A DNA stretch of 63,779 nucleotides, filler included, from Octopus bimaculoides (lineage: Eukaryota), in NCBI RefSeq assembly GCF_001194135.2. It is 5 parts of 5 records of this genome, joined end to end, with 100 filler letters (N's around TTAATTAATTAA, not from the genome) between each part and the next. Parts side by side here need not be neighbours in the genome. Positions count along the whole stretch, not along the records: positions 1 to 24,574 come from NC_068990.1; positions 24,675 to 46,209 come from NC_068999.1; 3 more parts are not named here. The stretch is one strand, 5' to 3'. Each line of letters begins with the position of its first letter. Position 1 is the first letter of the stretch. The notes under the pieces were generated by a model. That model saw nothing but the letters and a program-made list of their open reading frames with translations, had not been told where the DNA came from and searched no databases. Position numbers and translations under genes: made by a program. This document shows, in pieces, positions 13,037-26,315 of the stretch.

Positions 13037-16000
13037 CTTAACTATGCCTTCGTGTGTTATTTTATTTTGCGTTTATGTAAATATTTATTTGAATTTTGAT
13101 TTCTTTAAATGAAATAAGTTAGACATAACTTTTACTCTAGCAGATTCAATAAAATTTGAAGTTTCAATATGAATATAATTTCACCTTTCCATAATTTGAA
13201 ATGAGATTTTTGCGCCACAATATATAACTGAGACTGTCTCTATATAATGAATCAGTTTTATTGCGTAAACAGTTACTATCGGAAGATATAATCTTATGAA
13301 GGCAACAATTGAGGATTCGTAATATAACGTTGCGAACATATTCCAGACACAATGAAAATAATGTACCTATGAACATTTACACTTAATCCTATAGTAAACA
13401 GACAATATGATTACCTGTAATCATATTTAGAAATAAACGCATAGTAATTTAGGCTTTTATTATCATTGTCCAGGATGCGTCATTACCCTCGTTACTTAGT
13501 AATTGTCCTGAATATGTTAATTATTTAAAAACTCCCAACGGAAACATGTTATGAGATTTTGCGTGATGGTGTTTGTTATATATTTCAGCTGAGGTACGAA
13601 AGGCCATAAAACCACTAAATTATATGAAAACCATAGTTGCTGTAATATGATACCTTCTGTTGTCCAAGAAATAGTTTTGGTATCTTAATTAGACTGCATT
13701 GCTAATTTTCTGGCTTGTCACGAAGACAACAATTCCCGTTTCATCGGTGGAACAATAGCAAATAACAAGAACGATTGCTAGGTTGAACTTTCTTTTTCGT
13801 AGCGATTTCACTGTGTAAAATAAATCCAGTACAAAAATCGCTCAGTTCACATTTCACAAATAAAATAGATGAATCAGGTAATGGTAGTTGAGAGGACTGA
13901 ATTTCAAACCTTTGTGTCTATTAGGATCAAATGCTCTTGAGGTTTATATCGTTTTATCTTGGAAAAAATTAATTGAAACTAAATATTTTCGTGTCCTATT
14001 GAGAGGCTGCCAAACACATTAAGTGACATTAAGAAATTTAAATGGCAACATGCAGGCTAAGGAAAGATTAATAGCAATTTTCAAAATTTCGCATATGCTT
14101 ATACTCACACAACATGAATTATGTATTTATTTTGGGATTTATCCCTTTTTACACGTACGGAAAATTGATGACATTCATAACAGCGATTTTATTGCTTTTG
14201 CATTGCGTATCACCTCTATCTGGAATATATTTTTAAAGTTTACTTTGAAGCCTCTTTGTTTTTTTTACTCATATAACTTGAAGTATATCAGTTAGATTTT
14301 TCTTGAGGTAAACCCACTTTAATTTGACGAAATGGCAGATTCTATAGAGTATCCAGGATACATTGACGTTACTTTCAATCACAATTCCAACCTTGTCTTT
14401 CATTTTTCAAATCATTTAAGCACAATAAAAATATCATTTAAGCATGATAAAAATCTCGATTTCCTTTTGCTCTTTTTTCTTGCCCCTGTTCCTGAGGGGT
14501 TGTGAGACTGTCATTGACCATACACACTTTCCTAGGTCAGGAAGTCTGCAAGAGTATCCTGACACACATTAATATTTCCATAATTTTCCAAAACGCAATC
14601 TACAGTTCACGAGTTAATGTTTGCAGAAAAAAATGTGAAACTGATATTTTTATTTTACTATATAACCGAAATCAGTATTATACAACGTTATACCAAACTT
14701 AATCGAAAAAACCCCCAAAAATGACAAGATTATACTATTCAAATCTACTTCAATGACAATGGTTAGATTGAAGTTACACAGTTAAAGAAGTAACAAAAAG
14801 TTCTTATGTCTATTTTGCATAAGCCGTGAATTTATCTGAGGTCAAAAATATTTTCAGTTACACCGACCATCGGTATTCTGGTTTTTTCGATTCCTCAGGA
14901 GAGGAAGAGCGGTGCCCATGACCATTTGAAGGCCTTTAAAAATCCTGAGAGATGGTAATGGATTTGTTTTCAGACCGAACACAGTTAGAAGCTAGCAACA
15001 AAGTGGGCCTCAATAAAGGTATCCAAAGAGAAGGAAATGATATTAAACGAGGAGAGTGTATAAGTCTCTGACCCTAAAAGAGAAACGCTTGGTTTGACAC
15101 GATTCCACACAATTTCTCTTTAACAACTTTTATGTAGAAATAATGGGCATTTGTTAAAATGAAATTGCATTGGGATACAATTACCCAGGTAACAGCATAT
15201 TGGTTTCAAATTTTGACACAAAATCAGCAAGATCACGGGAGTGGGCTATTCGATTGCATCAATCCCAATAGTCAGCTGGTACTTATTTTATCGACCCGAA
15301 AGAATAAGGCAACATTGACCCTCGGCGACAATTGAACTCAAAACGTAAAACCAGAAGGCTCAGGTGCCCACGCATTGAAATATATACACTAACCTTTCAA
15401 TTAACAATCGACCATTTTTAAACGAACGTACGTACATGGACGGCTGAAATTGAAACCTAGCAAAAAAAAAAAAATGCTAACTATTACTATAAATTATTGG
15501 AGTGGCAGGTAAGCCATTCTGATATCTACTGCTTTCACCGTCTTTATAATTTAATGTTATAAAATCTATGTAACGTATAGTGACAGAACATTCACATACG
15601 ATTTTTTGAACACCGCTATTAATATATTTCTTTGTCTCTATTTGTGCTTTTTAATATGCCAATGTCAATTATTTTTTGCAAGTTATATATAGAATTCCAA
15701 CATAACAAAAATAAAATGCATTTAAATGTTTTTGTAACGAGAAAAGAGTACATTTTCCCGCAATAACTATTTCAATGCTCATGAAAATTCCGGAAAAAGA
15801 ATTTCACCTGCATGGAATAAATGCAATAAAATGGAAGTAAAAAAATGAATGGATATGTCGCAATTTTTTATGCAGTATTATTCAAAGGACATTTACCATT
15901 TTTTTTTTATTACAAGTATGTAACAGTATATTAAGGTTACAATAATAATTATACTATATAATGCACACACATTCATACACACATACATACATACATACAT

Positions 16001-16067
16001 ACATACATACGTACATACGTACGTATACTCATGTGTGTGTATATATATATATATATATATTAACAGG

Positions 16068-16125
<58 letters not shown>

Positions 16126-17437
16126 CCTACAGAAAATGAAGTTTGGATGCCGCATTCATCATTCTCTGCGGGAATTTTACAATACATTCTAGTGATATTG
16201 AATCAGAAAATAAATGTGTAAGAAAAAGAGTTCAAGCTGGCCATACTTAAAATAGAAGCAATTTACTTCGAAGATTGAAAAGCTAAAGGTGGTAATTTAG
16301 ACATGTCTGTCACTCTTAAATATGTTAAGTAATTGAGTAAATGACTTTCATTTAAAAGGTGCAATACAAGAATATGAAAGTGTATACCTGCACGGACAGT
16401 GAGTTCATATATACATATATTTGTGTGTGTGTGTATGTCTATATATATATATGTATGCTTGCATGTACACACACGCACAACACACACANNNNNNNNNNNN
16501 NNNNNNNNNNNNNNNNNNNNNNNNNNNNNNNNNNNNNNNNNNNNNNNNNNNNNNNNNNNNNNNNNNNNNNNNNNNNNNNNNNNNNNNNNNNNNNNNNNNN
16601 NNNNNNNNNNNNNNNNNNNNNNNNNNNNNNNNNNNNNNNNNNNNNNNNNNNNNNNNNNNNNNNNNNNNNNNNNNNNNNNNNNNNNNNNNNNNNNNNNNNN
16701 NNNNNNNNNNNNNNNNNNNNNNNNNNNNNNNNNNNNNNNNNNNNNNNNNNNNNNNNNNNNNNNNNNNNNNNNNNNNNNNNNNNNNNNNNNNNNNNNNNNN
16801 NNNNNNNNNNNNNNNNNNNNNNNNNNNNNNNNNNNNNNNNNNNNNNNNNNNNNNNNNNNNNNNNNNNNNNNNNNNNNNNNNNNNNNNNNNNNNNNNNNNN
16901 NNNNNNNNNNNNNNNNNNNNNNNNNNNNNNNNNNNNNNNNNNNNNNNNNNNNNNNNNNNNNNNNNNNNNNNNNNNNNNNNNNNNNNNNNNNNNNNNNNNN
17001 NNNNNNNNNNNNNNNNNNNNNNNNNNNNNNNNNNNNNNNNNNNNNNNNNNNNNNNNNNNNNNNNNNNNNNNNNNNNNNNNNNNNNNNNNNNNNNNNNNNN
17101 NNNNNNNNNNNNNNNNNNNNNNNNNNNNNNNNNNNNNNNNNNNNNNNNNNNNNNNNNNNNNNNNNNNNNNNNNNNNNNNNNNNNNNNNNNNNNNNNNNNN
17201 NNNNNNNNNNNNNNNNNNNNNNNNNNNNNNNNNNNNNNNNNNNNNNNNNNNNNNNNNNNNNNNNNNNNNNNNNNNNNNNNNNNNNNNNNNNNNNNNNNNN
17301 NNNNNNNNNNNNNNNNNNNNNNNNNNNNNNNNNNNNNNNNNNNNNNNNNNNNNNNNNNNNNNNNNNNNNNNNNNNNNNNNNNNNNNNNNNNNNNNNNNNN
17401 NNNNNNNNNNNNNNNNNNNNNNNNNNNNNNNNNNNNN

Positions 17438-17468
<31 letters not shown>

Positions 17469-18229
17469 CGTGTATTTTTATATATTCATATATGATTTCA
17501 ACATATAGTGAGCGTATTAAGTGGAATTATCAAAACTTGCTTATATTATTTCTGAATCACCATGAATTCAGAGGGAACCGATTTCTTAATGTTGAATCCT
17601 AAATACAATGCACACTTTCAAAGTATGTCCATCGAAATACAAATAAAGATATTAGACTTTAAAATTTGGTTGTAGCCCCATGTTAACGTTTGTCATGTAT
17701 TGGAGTTTAAGATATTTTAAAATTTAGCAAATTTTTGAGATGTTGTCTCAAGGTGACTACTGCAGTAACTCACCAATGGATGGTGTGTATATATTAAGTG
17801 AGGTACACCAATGGCTGACTTAATACCCTTAGTCTCTGAGACGCAGCATACCCAATATGGCTCCTCTATTATTACAAGGTGATTTCGATGCGTACACATC
17901 TCATTTCTGCTCGTGACATAAGACCATTGTGGAAGTTAGTTTTCTCTAATCAATTCTAGTCCAGTAGCCTATGCGATCACTGGTGTTAAATTCCCCCTCT
18001 TAGCTCTGTGAATCCAAGTACATGGATCGTATTTGTACCTTTGAATCTTTGACATTAAAATCTTATACGTAAAAGGGTTGAATCTATGAACTAGAAATTT
18101 ATTCAAACTACACGGTGGTCGGGCTAAATTTTATATTTGCATAAAAGGAAAAGAAATCACAATATTCCATCAAAAAATGAAAGTATTTTAAAAAGTCGAA
18201 ACACATCAAGGAAATTATGGTTGGGAAAT

Positions 18230-18790
18230 TATGGTTCAGTCAAAGTAACCACCCTCAGCTTCAACCTTGGTTTCACACTGGCCCCAGAAACTAATGCGTG
18301 CCTTCTTCACTGTGTCCGTTAGAAGGTCTTCTAACATGTCTTTCATCTTAGCTCGGTCTTGGTGTTGGAGGCAGAGTGGTTGGTGTCTTTCTCAACTATG
18401 CCTATTATATCGTATTCGATGGCATCACTTACAGTCGAAAGAATGAAGAGATCAGTAATTGTAGTCGTGTACATTCTCCGACAATCATTTCTGATTTTTT
18501 CCGGAGATATCGCACGGAGCCGAACCCTGCTGCCATGTGTATAGCCTTTCAGCAGCAACCCTCGCCAGCTAGAGTTTGAAGACAGTCCCCGAAAACTTCA
18601 CATAGACGTCTGAATTGAGCCTAATCCCTTGTTTACCAAGTACTGGATGAACATCGGCATGTGGATGTAGTCAGAACACCTGTTGTATCCCTTTCTACTG
18701 ATCACAGCTTCATAGTCTCCATTATAATTACCGATGTCAAATTTTATCGCCTTTACAGTTTTCACAGGGCATTGAGCAGCAGTCATGATG
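18230..18790 (-). mobile_element. Old RTE-like LINE fragment (APE endonuclease end and linker)
   Basis: DIGNYNGDYEAVISRKGY...YLVNK...SFRG and DTVKKARISFWGQCETKVEA resemble the RTE endonuclease and linker; several stops and frameshifts. Confidence 0.5.
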
Positions 18791-19051
18791 TCGGCTTGTG
18801 GATACTCGGCCTACACATTCATAATAAATATAAATATTTTTCAATATTTAAATGGCGTCCATTCCACTATGTCAACAATAACGTTAAATGTTATGATCAC
18901 CAAAGCTGTTGACTGGCCACTAATACGAGAAGCTGTTCCTGAGAACACGAGGCATTAAAATCTTCAAAATTATATCGAATATCATGTATAAAGCTTTATA
19001 TGAATTACTGATTGAATATTTGTAGATATTTAGAAGATGTAAAAAGAGCCT

Positions 19052-19175
19052 TATGTATGTATGTATGTATGTATGTATGTATGTATGTATGTGTGTGTGT
19101 GTGTGTTTGACCATCCACCATCGCTGACAACCTATGTTGGTGTGTTTGTGTCCCCGTAACATAGCAGTTCGGCAA

Positions 19176-19240
<65 letters not shown>

Positions 19241-19263
19241 GAATAATAATAATAATAATAATA
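19052..19263. repeat. Compound (TATG)n/(TG)n ... (TAC)n(AAT)n microsatellites
   Basis: Seen directly. Confidence 0.95.
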
Positions 19264-20270
19264 GAGTGAAAATGTCTAATACAAATGTATCAAATAATGG
19301 AGTTAATGAGGCTGGAACCAAAAGTGAAAGCCTTTCGCCCGGCAGATGCCCTGTGTTTGAGCAGCGCAGGCTCGGTCGTCATCCAGAGTCTGTTTGTTCA
19401 CAAAAACAGAGGCAGAAAAGATTGTGGGATAAGGAGGAAAACCGAACGGTAATTGAATGCTGGAACAGGAATGAACCTAGTAGAAGGGGATTCCGACAAC
19501 GAATGAAAGCAAAATAGAATGAAACAGGACTCTTCGAACCAAGTGATCAACGGTTAACCGACCAGATAAGAGCAATAAGAGCAAAAGGGTGGCTAACAAA
19601 CATGGAAATTGAAGAGATAAAAAGCAAAATAGCAAGAAATGATACGTCACCAACAGATTATATGCCCAGTGAGAAGAGAGAAATGATTGACGGCGGTGAA
19701 AACGTAGAGCAAATTGTAAATGTAAATGCATTCTCAGCAAATGAAGCAGAAGTAATAGGAAGAGCTATATAACAAGAATTCAATTATGGCCAACAAGACA
19801 TATTGGGGATGCTGTGGCAATATATTAGAGAAGACCAGGATCAAGCACCCCGAAATCTGAGGTACATTGATCGACACAGGCTCAAAGTGGGGTTGTTGCA
19901 GACGAGAAACATAACTGTAACTAAAGAGATTGTTTGGGCTGCAGCTATGGGTCCAGCATATAGAATTGGATACAAAAGAAAAGAATAAACAGAAGGTACA
20001 GAGCCATACTGGCTTAGACGAATTCGTGAGAAACAAAGTTAAAAAGACATTTAGGACGAGTTGATAGATTGAGAAGAGGGAAATTACAGAACGAAAGCAT
20101 AAAAATAATTCTGGAAAGAAAATATAGTATAAGAGATAAAGGGTATGATGAGATATTGGAAGAATTGAAACAATGAGTAGTAGCAATCAAATTAAAATTC
20201 GAAAACCATTACAATAGAACAAAACAATTCAGGCAAAACAATTTGCGCGAAGCAAATCAAGAACCTGTTG
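19264..20270 (+). mobile_element. R4/Dong non-LTR retrotransposon N-terminal region, with stops and truncated
   Basis: KRLWDKEENRTVIECWNRNEPSRRGFRQRM...DQRLTDQIRAIRAKGWL...EPYWLRRI...LERKYSIRDKG...EELKQ...RTKQFRQNNL. Starts directly after (AAT)n. Confidence 0.8.
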
Positions 20271-20289
20271 CGGTTGCAATAAATATTTT

Positions 20290-20895
20290 ATCGCTTGAAC
20301 GATATTTCAACACTAGCCTGTCTTTGTCGAGTTCAATATAAAAAGTGATACTTAAAATTCAAAATTATAGAAATTCAAATGCAAAATATGAACGCGGAAA
20401 ACCAGCGTGCCTACGCTGGTTGAAGACAACAATAGCCTTCAGTTTTCAAAAAGAAAAAAAAAGAAAGAGAAAAAGAGAAAAAATGAATAGAAACGAAGAA
20501 TGAAAAGGAAGAACAATATTTAATCAAACAGTTTCGTGTAAATATGACGAAACTTTGCTGTATTTTATTCAATCCTCCAGGGCGTAATGTTAATAACTCG
20601 CTAAACTTTTTCTCCTCGTGCATTTTGAGAACTAAATGTCTAGCAGATCCAGGATATTTTCTGAGAATATGCACTTTCAAGTCTTTAAAATTGCAGCTGT
20701 TTGATGCAAAACGTTCGGCAAGTTCTATCGAATTACTGTTGTTGTGCCTCACGTCATATATATGCCCATTGAATCATTTGTTTGATGATTTTGTCGTACA
20801 ATTAACTTAATTCAAGTTGTGTTTCGGGAATTCTACAGCGTACAACAAACGGGAATATGTACACGTCCCACCTTCTGTGAAAACCATAACATTTC
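20290..20895 (-). mobile_element. Penelope-like element GIY-YIG endonuclease C-terminus plus 3' end
   Basis: GGTCTYSRLLYAVE.PKHNL...FNGHIYDVRHNNSNSIELAERF...DLKVHIL...LLTLRPGGLNK. Confidence 0.75.
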
Positions 20896-21039
20896 TTTTA
20901 CGATGTTGTTGCACAATGGACAGGGCTTACCTCTCTTGTGACTGTTTTTAAGGTACAGCGTGCAGAATCCCCAATATTAGTTTTCTTGGAGACAGAAGTA
21001 GAGGTTAATAGTCAAGTGAATTCCATCAGAAATCATAAC

Positions 21040-21610
21040 AGAAATGTTATGATTTACACAGAAAGTGGGACGTGTAGAAATTTGCATTTGGTGTACGCTG
21101 CATAATGTACGAAACACAACTTGATTTATGTTGGTTGTACAACACAATAAATAAACGAATGATTCAATGGGCAAAGATATGACGTCAGACCCAATAACAT
21201 TAGTTCGACAGAACTTGCCGAACACATTGAATCAAACAGTTGCAATTTTGAAAAAAACTTGAAAGTGCATATTCTCAGAAAATATTCTGAAACTGCTACA
21301 CTTTCAGCGTCCAAAATGCATGAGGAGAAACATGTTTGCGAGTTAATTAACATCACGCCCTGGTGAAATGAATAAAATGACAGCAAAGTTTCGTCAAATT
21401 TACACAAAACTGTTTGATTAAATATTCTTCTGTTTCTCTTTTCTTTTCTTTTCTGTTTTTCTCTTTCTTTCTTTTTCTTTTTGAAAATTGAAGACTTATG
21501 ATGTTTTCAACGTGAGGGCGCTGGTTTTCCTCGTTCATATTTTGGATTTGAATTTCTATAACTTCGAGTTTTAATGTATCACTTTTCATTTTTAACTCGA
21601 CAAAGTAAGG
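21040..21610 (+). mobile_element. Second, inverted and diverged Penelope GIY-YIG/3' copy
   Basis: LHLVYAA*CTKHNLIYVGCTT...FNGQRYDV...ELAEH...LKVHILRKY; aligns to the reverse complement of about 20320-20895. Confidence 0.75.
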
Positions 21611-21694
21611 ATAACTGTCAAGATATCCACGCTCTTCGTATTTTCTACTTACATTTGTGAAGAGTTACGTCAATCCTTTTAAAATACAATACTA

Positions 21695-21759
21695 ATAATG
21701 ATGATGATAATAATAATAATAATAATTATTATTATTATTATTATCATTATTATTACTGC

Positions 21760-21811
<52 letters not shown>
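21695..21811. repeat. (TAA)n/(ATT)n microsatellite
   Basis: Seen directly. Confidence 0.95.
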
Positions 21812-22343
21812 GGAAACAGTGCCGGGTCGATTTCCTATTAGCGCTAATTGAACAGCTATCGACACGGTGTGGGATCTTATTATTACAAAGCACGAAGTCC
21901 AGTTTTGTACACCTCCTACCAATACTGTTTCCTTGAAGTTTACAATATTGAATTGAAACTATTTGGTGCTATTATATTCATAGTTTGGAACAGAAGACAT
22001 ATAATCAAAAGAAAATAATTTATAAGATTTATTGTTGGAAACCTTTTAGGCTTTCGTGCATTAAGTTTAATGAGCCTGCAGTGAGATACATCATTCATTA
22101 TAAGTATAAATGCAATACAGTTTCTAAATTTTCATTTTATCCAATAATTATTTTTCACTGTGTTTATTGTAATTTTCAATCAGCACCAAACTTACATTTA
22201 CGTAATCACAGTATTATTGATGCCTAAATTTCATATCAAACAGAATTATCTTAGTTTTCAAAGAGAAATTTGGTTTGGTTCCTAAAAGTAAAAAAAAAAG
22301 CGCACACACACTCACACACACTCACACACACATATATTCATAA

Positions 22344-22374
<31 letters not shown>

Positions 22375-22488
22375 NNNNNNNNNNNNNNNNNNNNNNNNNN
22401 NNNNNNNNNNNNNNNNNNNNNNNNNNNNNNNNNNNNNNNNNNNNNNNNNNNNNNNNNNNNNNNNNNNNNNNNNNNNNNNNNNNNNNNN

Positions 22489-22527
<39 letters not shown>

Positions 22528-24455
22528 TTAAAATGTTTCTCTGAAATGAAAACTGTGATTGCCTATAATTATGCAACATCATGTAAATAAATAACCAGAT
22601 CTCATTGATTTCATTGGTTTATATTAGTACTATACACAGTTCAAAGTCCACTTAAATTACATATCTTTGACTCTATAATTAGAGAGCATATTAAAAACTG
22701 GAAAACAATATTAACGATTGGTTTGGTTAGGATATACTTAAAATACACATAAAAGAACTGAAAGCAAATGTTATATTTCACAACTAGCAATATATTGTTA
22801 TAAAGTAAAAATATCATTTATAGAAATGCATGATACGTTTCTGTACAAAACTCCTTCGCATTTGTAAGAATCTACCTTTATGGGTGTCTTAGTGTATTGT
22901 TTATTGTTGTGAATTATTGATGCAGTTTCGTTGGAACATGTAATTAAAGATATTTTAACAATAACTATTAATTTCTTGTGATGTATTCATGAAAATATAG
23001 ATATATTTACTTGTATTTGCAAATACACAGGCATACATCGATGCATGTGTAAATGCATACATATGATTATTTACATGTATGTGTGAGAGTACATGTAAGT
23101 TTTGTATGTTTGTATATATTTATATATATATATATATATATATATTGATATATAAGAGCGATATATATCTATGCTTGGTATATTCATAATTAGGTACACC
23201 TCCATAGATGCATAAGTATGTTCATACACACGCACATACATAAATGTACACGCACATAATATATGTGTGTATATATTTGTGCACTTTTGTGTATGTGTAT
23301 GTGTATGCATGGGCATGTGTGTATGTAAATATTTTAGATTATACACAATATCATATGCAGAATTTGTTCATATAATTGTTTAAATTGATGACATAACCGC
23401 TAGATAATTTTCACGTCCATTTAATTTTTCAGGTGAATAGCTTTTTTTTGTTATGAAACTTCTGCATTATTTCATGTGGCAATCAGTTACATTGGCTGAT
23501 GAGTGTTCATTAGCCAATCTGTTTGAGTTGGTGATTTTATTCAGATAGAATACCTATCACAACTATTCTAGTATTTACCTGCAAGTCTATAACTTTTACA
23601 TATTTTTCTTATTGCAATTCCAACAATTTCCTTCACTATGAACAATTTTTGATGTCTGCACCAAGATGCCATCTCATTTTTTCTAATGAGATAACATATT
23701 TCAGTGTAATGATGTATTTTTTTTACGTTTCCCAATGGCGCATTTCAGGAAACATCTAATATGTGTATGTGGCTCTATCTATTACACTATATTTATATTA
23801 TACGTCTCTATCGATCTCTTTTAAATTCCATGTATATAACAGTTTAGTTGTTGCTTTCTGTTTATGCATGTTATGCAATTGTTGTCTCATTGTTTCAGTG
23901 CATTTTACTGCCATATCCATTACCTATTAAAGTAACTTTATATTCTTTGTTGTACCGATGATATCTACAGGAGAAGATAGGAAGAAATGTTTAATAATAG
24001 ATGTACACTTCCCATGCAATATTTGGAGATGTACAGAAAAATAACTAAGTGCCGTTGTCTCTATATATTTGTAATTACATGTGTCCTAGGTAGTAATAGA
24101 TTGTGTCAATCTCTAGATAATTACTTCTAGACCATGAAAGCGACTCATAACATAAATTAAAAAATGATATTAAACTATAAATTAAATGAGATTATTCGTT
24201 TGCAGTGATTAGCTTGGAATTGCTCGGAGCTAGATATTGAAGACTAAATTTAAATGACATGATATTGGGAATTGGTAGTAAACCAGGCCCAAATACATAC
24301 AAACAACTCCTCATGACTCTCGCACTGACTAATTATAAACCCAATTAAGAAAATACTTATACCGTAAGAATGCAAATCTTGAATATCTGGAACAGTCGCC
24401 TGCAAAAATATCGCATGAAACGAGGATAACAACCAATTCTTGAATATCTATCTGC

Positions 24456-24493
<38 letters not shown>

Positions 24494-24574
24494 GGCTATC
24501 TGTCTGACTATCTATCTATCCATCTCTCTCTCTCTCTCTATCTATCTATTGATATATATATATATATATATATA

Positions 24575-24674
24575 NNNNNNNNNNNNNNNNNNNNNNNNNN
24601 NNNNNNNNNNNNNNNNNNTTAATTAATTAANNNNNNNNNNNNNNNNNNNNNNNNNNNNNNNNNNNNNNNNNNNN
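24575..24674. other. Scaffold-join linker N44-TTAATTAATTAA-N44 (assembly artefact)
   Basis: Identical 100-nt constructs at 46210-46309, 53516-53615 and 59998-60097; the 12-mer gives stops in all six frames. Confidence 0.9.
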
Positions 24675-25012
24675 CATACGTCAAGATCACCAGCATTCTA
24701 CCTCCCACACACAGCCCCTCGTTCCCGATCACCGTTTGTTATCTCCCCCTTTCTTAGCTCTCCTGAAATAAGAATTTCTAACTTCCGGTCAGTCATTGTT
24801 ATGATCGGCCATTATTATGATTGACCGTTGACTGAACACTATTCAATTTTTTTTCTCCGTGTTTTTCTCCTTGTCTCCATATTCTTTCTGTTGAAGAGCG
24901 TAGCTCGAAACGTCAAAGACTTTCCGTATTCCCGAGCGTCATACTAATATATACTTTTGTTATTTACACCACCTGTCCTCGTCTGTTGTTATTATTTGTA
25001 TATTCTCCTACA
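24675..25012 (+). mobile_element. Penelope-like element 3'/pLTR remnant
   Basis: Pyrimidine-rich segment carrying the hammerhead motif; related copy at 30480-30690. Confidence 0.45.
24883..24919 (+). ncRNA. Minimal hammerhead ribozyme-like motif, CUGUUGA variant core
   Basis: UCUUU-CUGUUGA-A-GAGC(GUA)GCUC-GAAA-CGUC-AAAGA: GUC cleavage triplet and 5-bp stem I; core position 6 is U instead of A. Confidence 0.5.
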
Positions 25013-25329
25013 TACACGCATATATACTATATCTATTGTTATTCAAGAATATTGCATTATCCTATGATTAACATGGCCTCTTTAGCTAGAACTCCTATTT
25101 CTTGATGATAAGATACAATGCTATCTATTTCTAACATTCCTCTGCCACTCAGGCTTGTGACAGTCAACTACTTGTGGCAAGTAGAAAATACAACCACATT
25201 CTGTATTTTCAATAAAATTAAATAACTTACATTTTGATTTTTCCATAGTGGTTGAATATATATTTCCTCTGAACTTATATTCCCTTGTAACTGCTCCTAC
25301 AAATAACTCAACCATAATTAGATTTCCAA

Positions 25330-25950
25330 ATGACTTGTATTCAGCAATGTCTTTATTTGTAGATGGTAAAGACTAACAAGCTGTTATCTTGATATATAAA
25401 TCAAAAACACTCACTCCATTCTTGAATTACTTTATTTCTAATATGCTCTCACAATGATATTACAACCACAGACCTTTAACCCTGGCCCTTTGCATTGTAG
25501 ATGATCTATATTATTTCAACTTTGTAGTAGCCCATGTCTCATTTACTTTGAGTACTTTTTTATGAAGGTAAATGCCTCTCATCCTGTCCTTATGTTTCTC
25601 AAGGATTCAGCATCCATGTCTCAGAATATATTTACTGTGTGTCCCAAGTATATATATTCCTTTACTGCCTTGATGTCAATGCTTCCCACCTCTATTTGGT
25701 TTTGTGCTGTTTTCAAATAGCATATATTTTGTTTTCATGCAATTCATTTTAAGGTCTAATAACACACACATAAAACCAAATATATATAAATCCATATGCA
25801 TACAAGTGTTCTAGTGCATGTATACATATATTCTTCTATCAGGTCATTAAGAATGAAGTGTCCAATTTTCTTATGCCCCAAGTTTCACAGTCATTAACTC
25901 TAATGTTTTATCCTGATTATTCTTTGTTTTACAACATTGAAGAGTTACAT
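25330..25950 (-). mobile_element. Degenerate RTE-like LINE RT fragment
   Basis: QIEVGSIDIKAVKEYIYLGHTV...RNIRTG*EAF resembles RTE YIYLG...RRIxxGWxAF. Confidence 0.5.
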
Positions 25951-26024
25951 CATCACTTTTTGAAATATAGTTCACAGTGTTTGATTAAATTATAAGTTTT
26001 CTCATGTAAATCAATTTTTGTGAA

Positions 26025-26315
26025 CCCATGGACAGATCAAAAAATTTGTGCTGTTTATGAATATGAGTTCCTTTGTGGAACCAATGTACCCTAGACAGCT
26101 CGAAACATTAATGAGATGTTTGGTTAAGATGTGGCAAATGAGCACACTGTACGTCGATGGTTTGAGAAGTTCTGGTCTGGTGACTTTACTCTTGAAAATC
26201 AGCCCCGTGGTAGACCTGAGACCAAGGTGGATAATGATGAGCTGGAAACTGTAGGGGAAGCAAGTACATCTCAAACTATGTGTGAGTTAGCAGCAAAGTT
26301 TGATGTTTCGATTCC
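26025..26315 (+). mobile_element. Mariner transposase N-terminal fragment
   Basis: ARNINEMFG*DVANEHTVRRWFEKFWSGDFTLENQPRGRPETKVDNDEL, a Hsmar/Mos1-like HTH. Confidence 0.85.

Noticed and set aside
13802-13877. Apparent plus-strand exon ISLCKINPVQKSLSSHFTNKIDES
   Set aside because: Its 3' half and donor belong to a dispersed repeat also present inverted at 8823-8970.
16359-17602. Long ORFs of 370-390 aa, and similar X-filled ORFs near 4.5, 34.4, 39.2, 60.6 and 62.9 kb
   Set aside because: Read-through of N gaps.
18343-18786. Cluster of short ORFs suggesting a novel gene
   Set aside because: Better explained as a frameshifted RTE endonuclease/linker relic.
23492-23517. CTGATGAG as a hammerhead core
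   Set aside because: It is one arm of a simple hairpin (TTGGCTGATGA/TCATTAGCCAA) with no GAAA or stem II.
24619-24630. Recurrent TTAATTAATTAA motif (four copies)
   Set aside because: Always centred in exactly 44+44 Ns; an artificial scaffold linker.
25227-25292. Possible minus-strand exon EQLQGNISSEEIYIQPLWKNQN with a gtaagt donor
   Set aside because: Not HADHA-like, phase incompatible with exon 4, and adjacent to a LINE relic.
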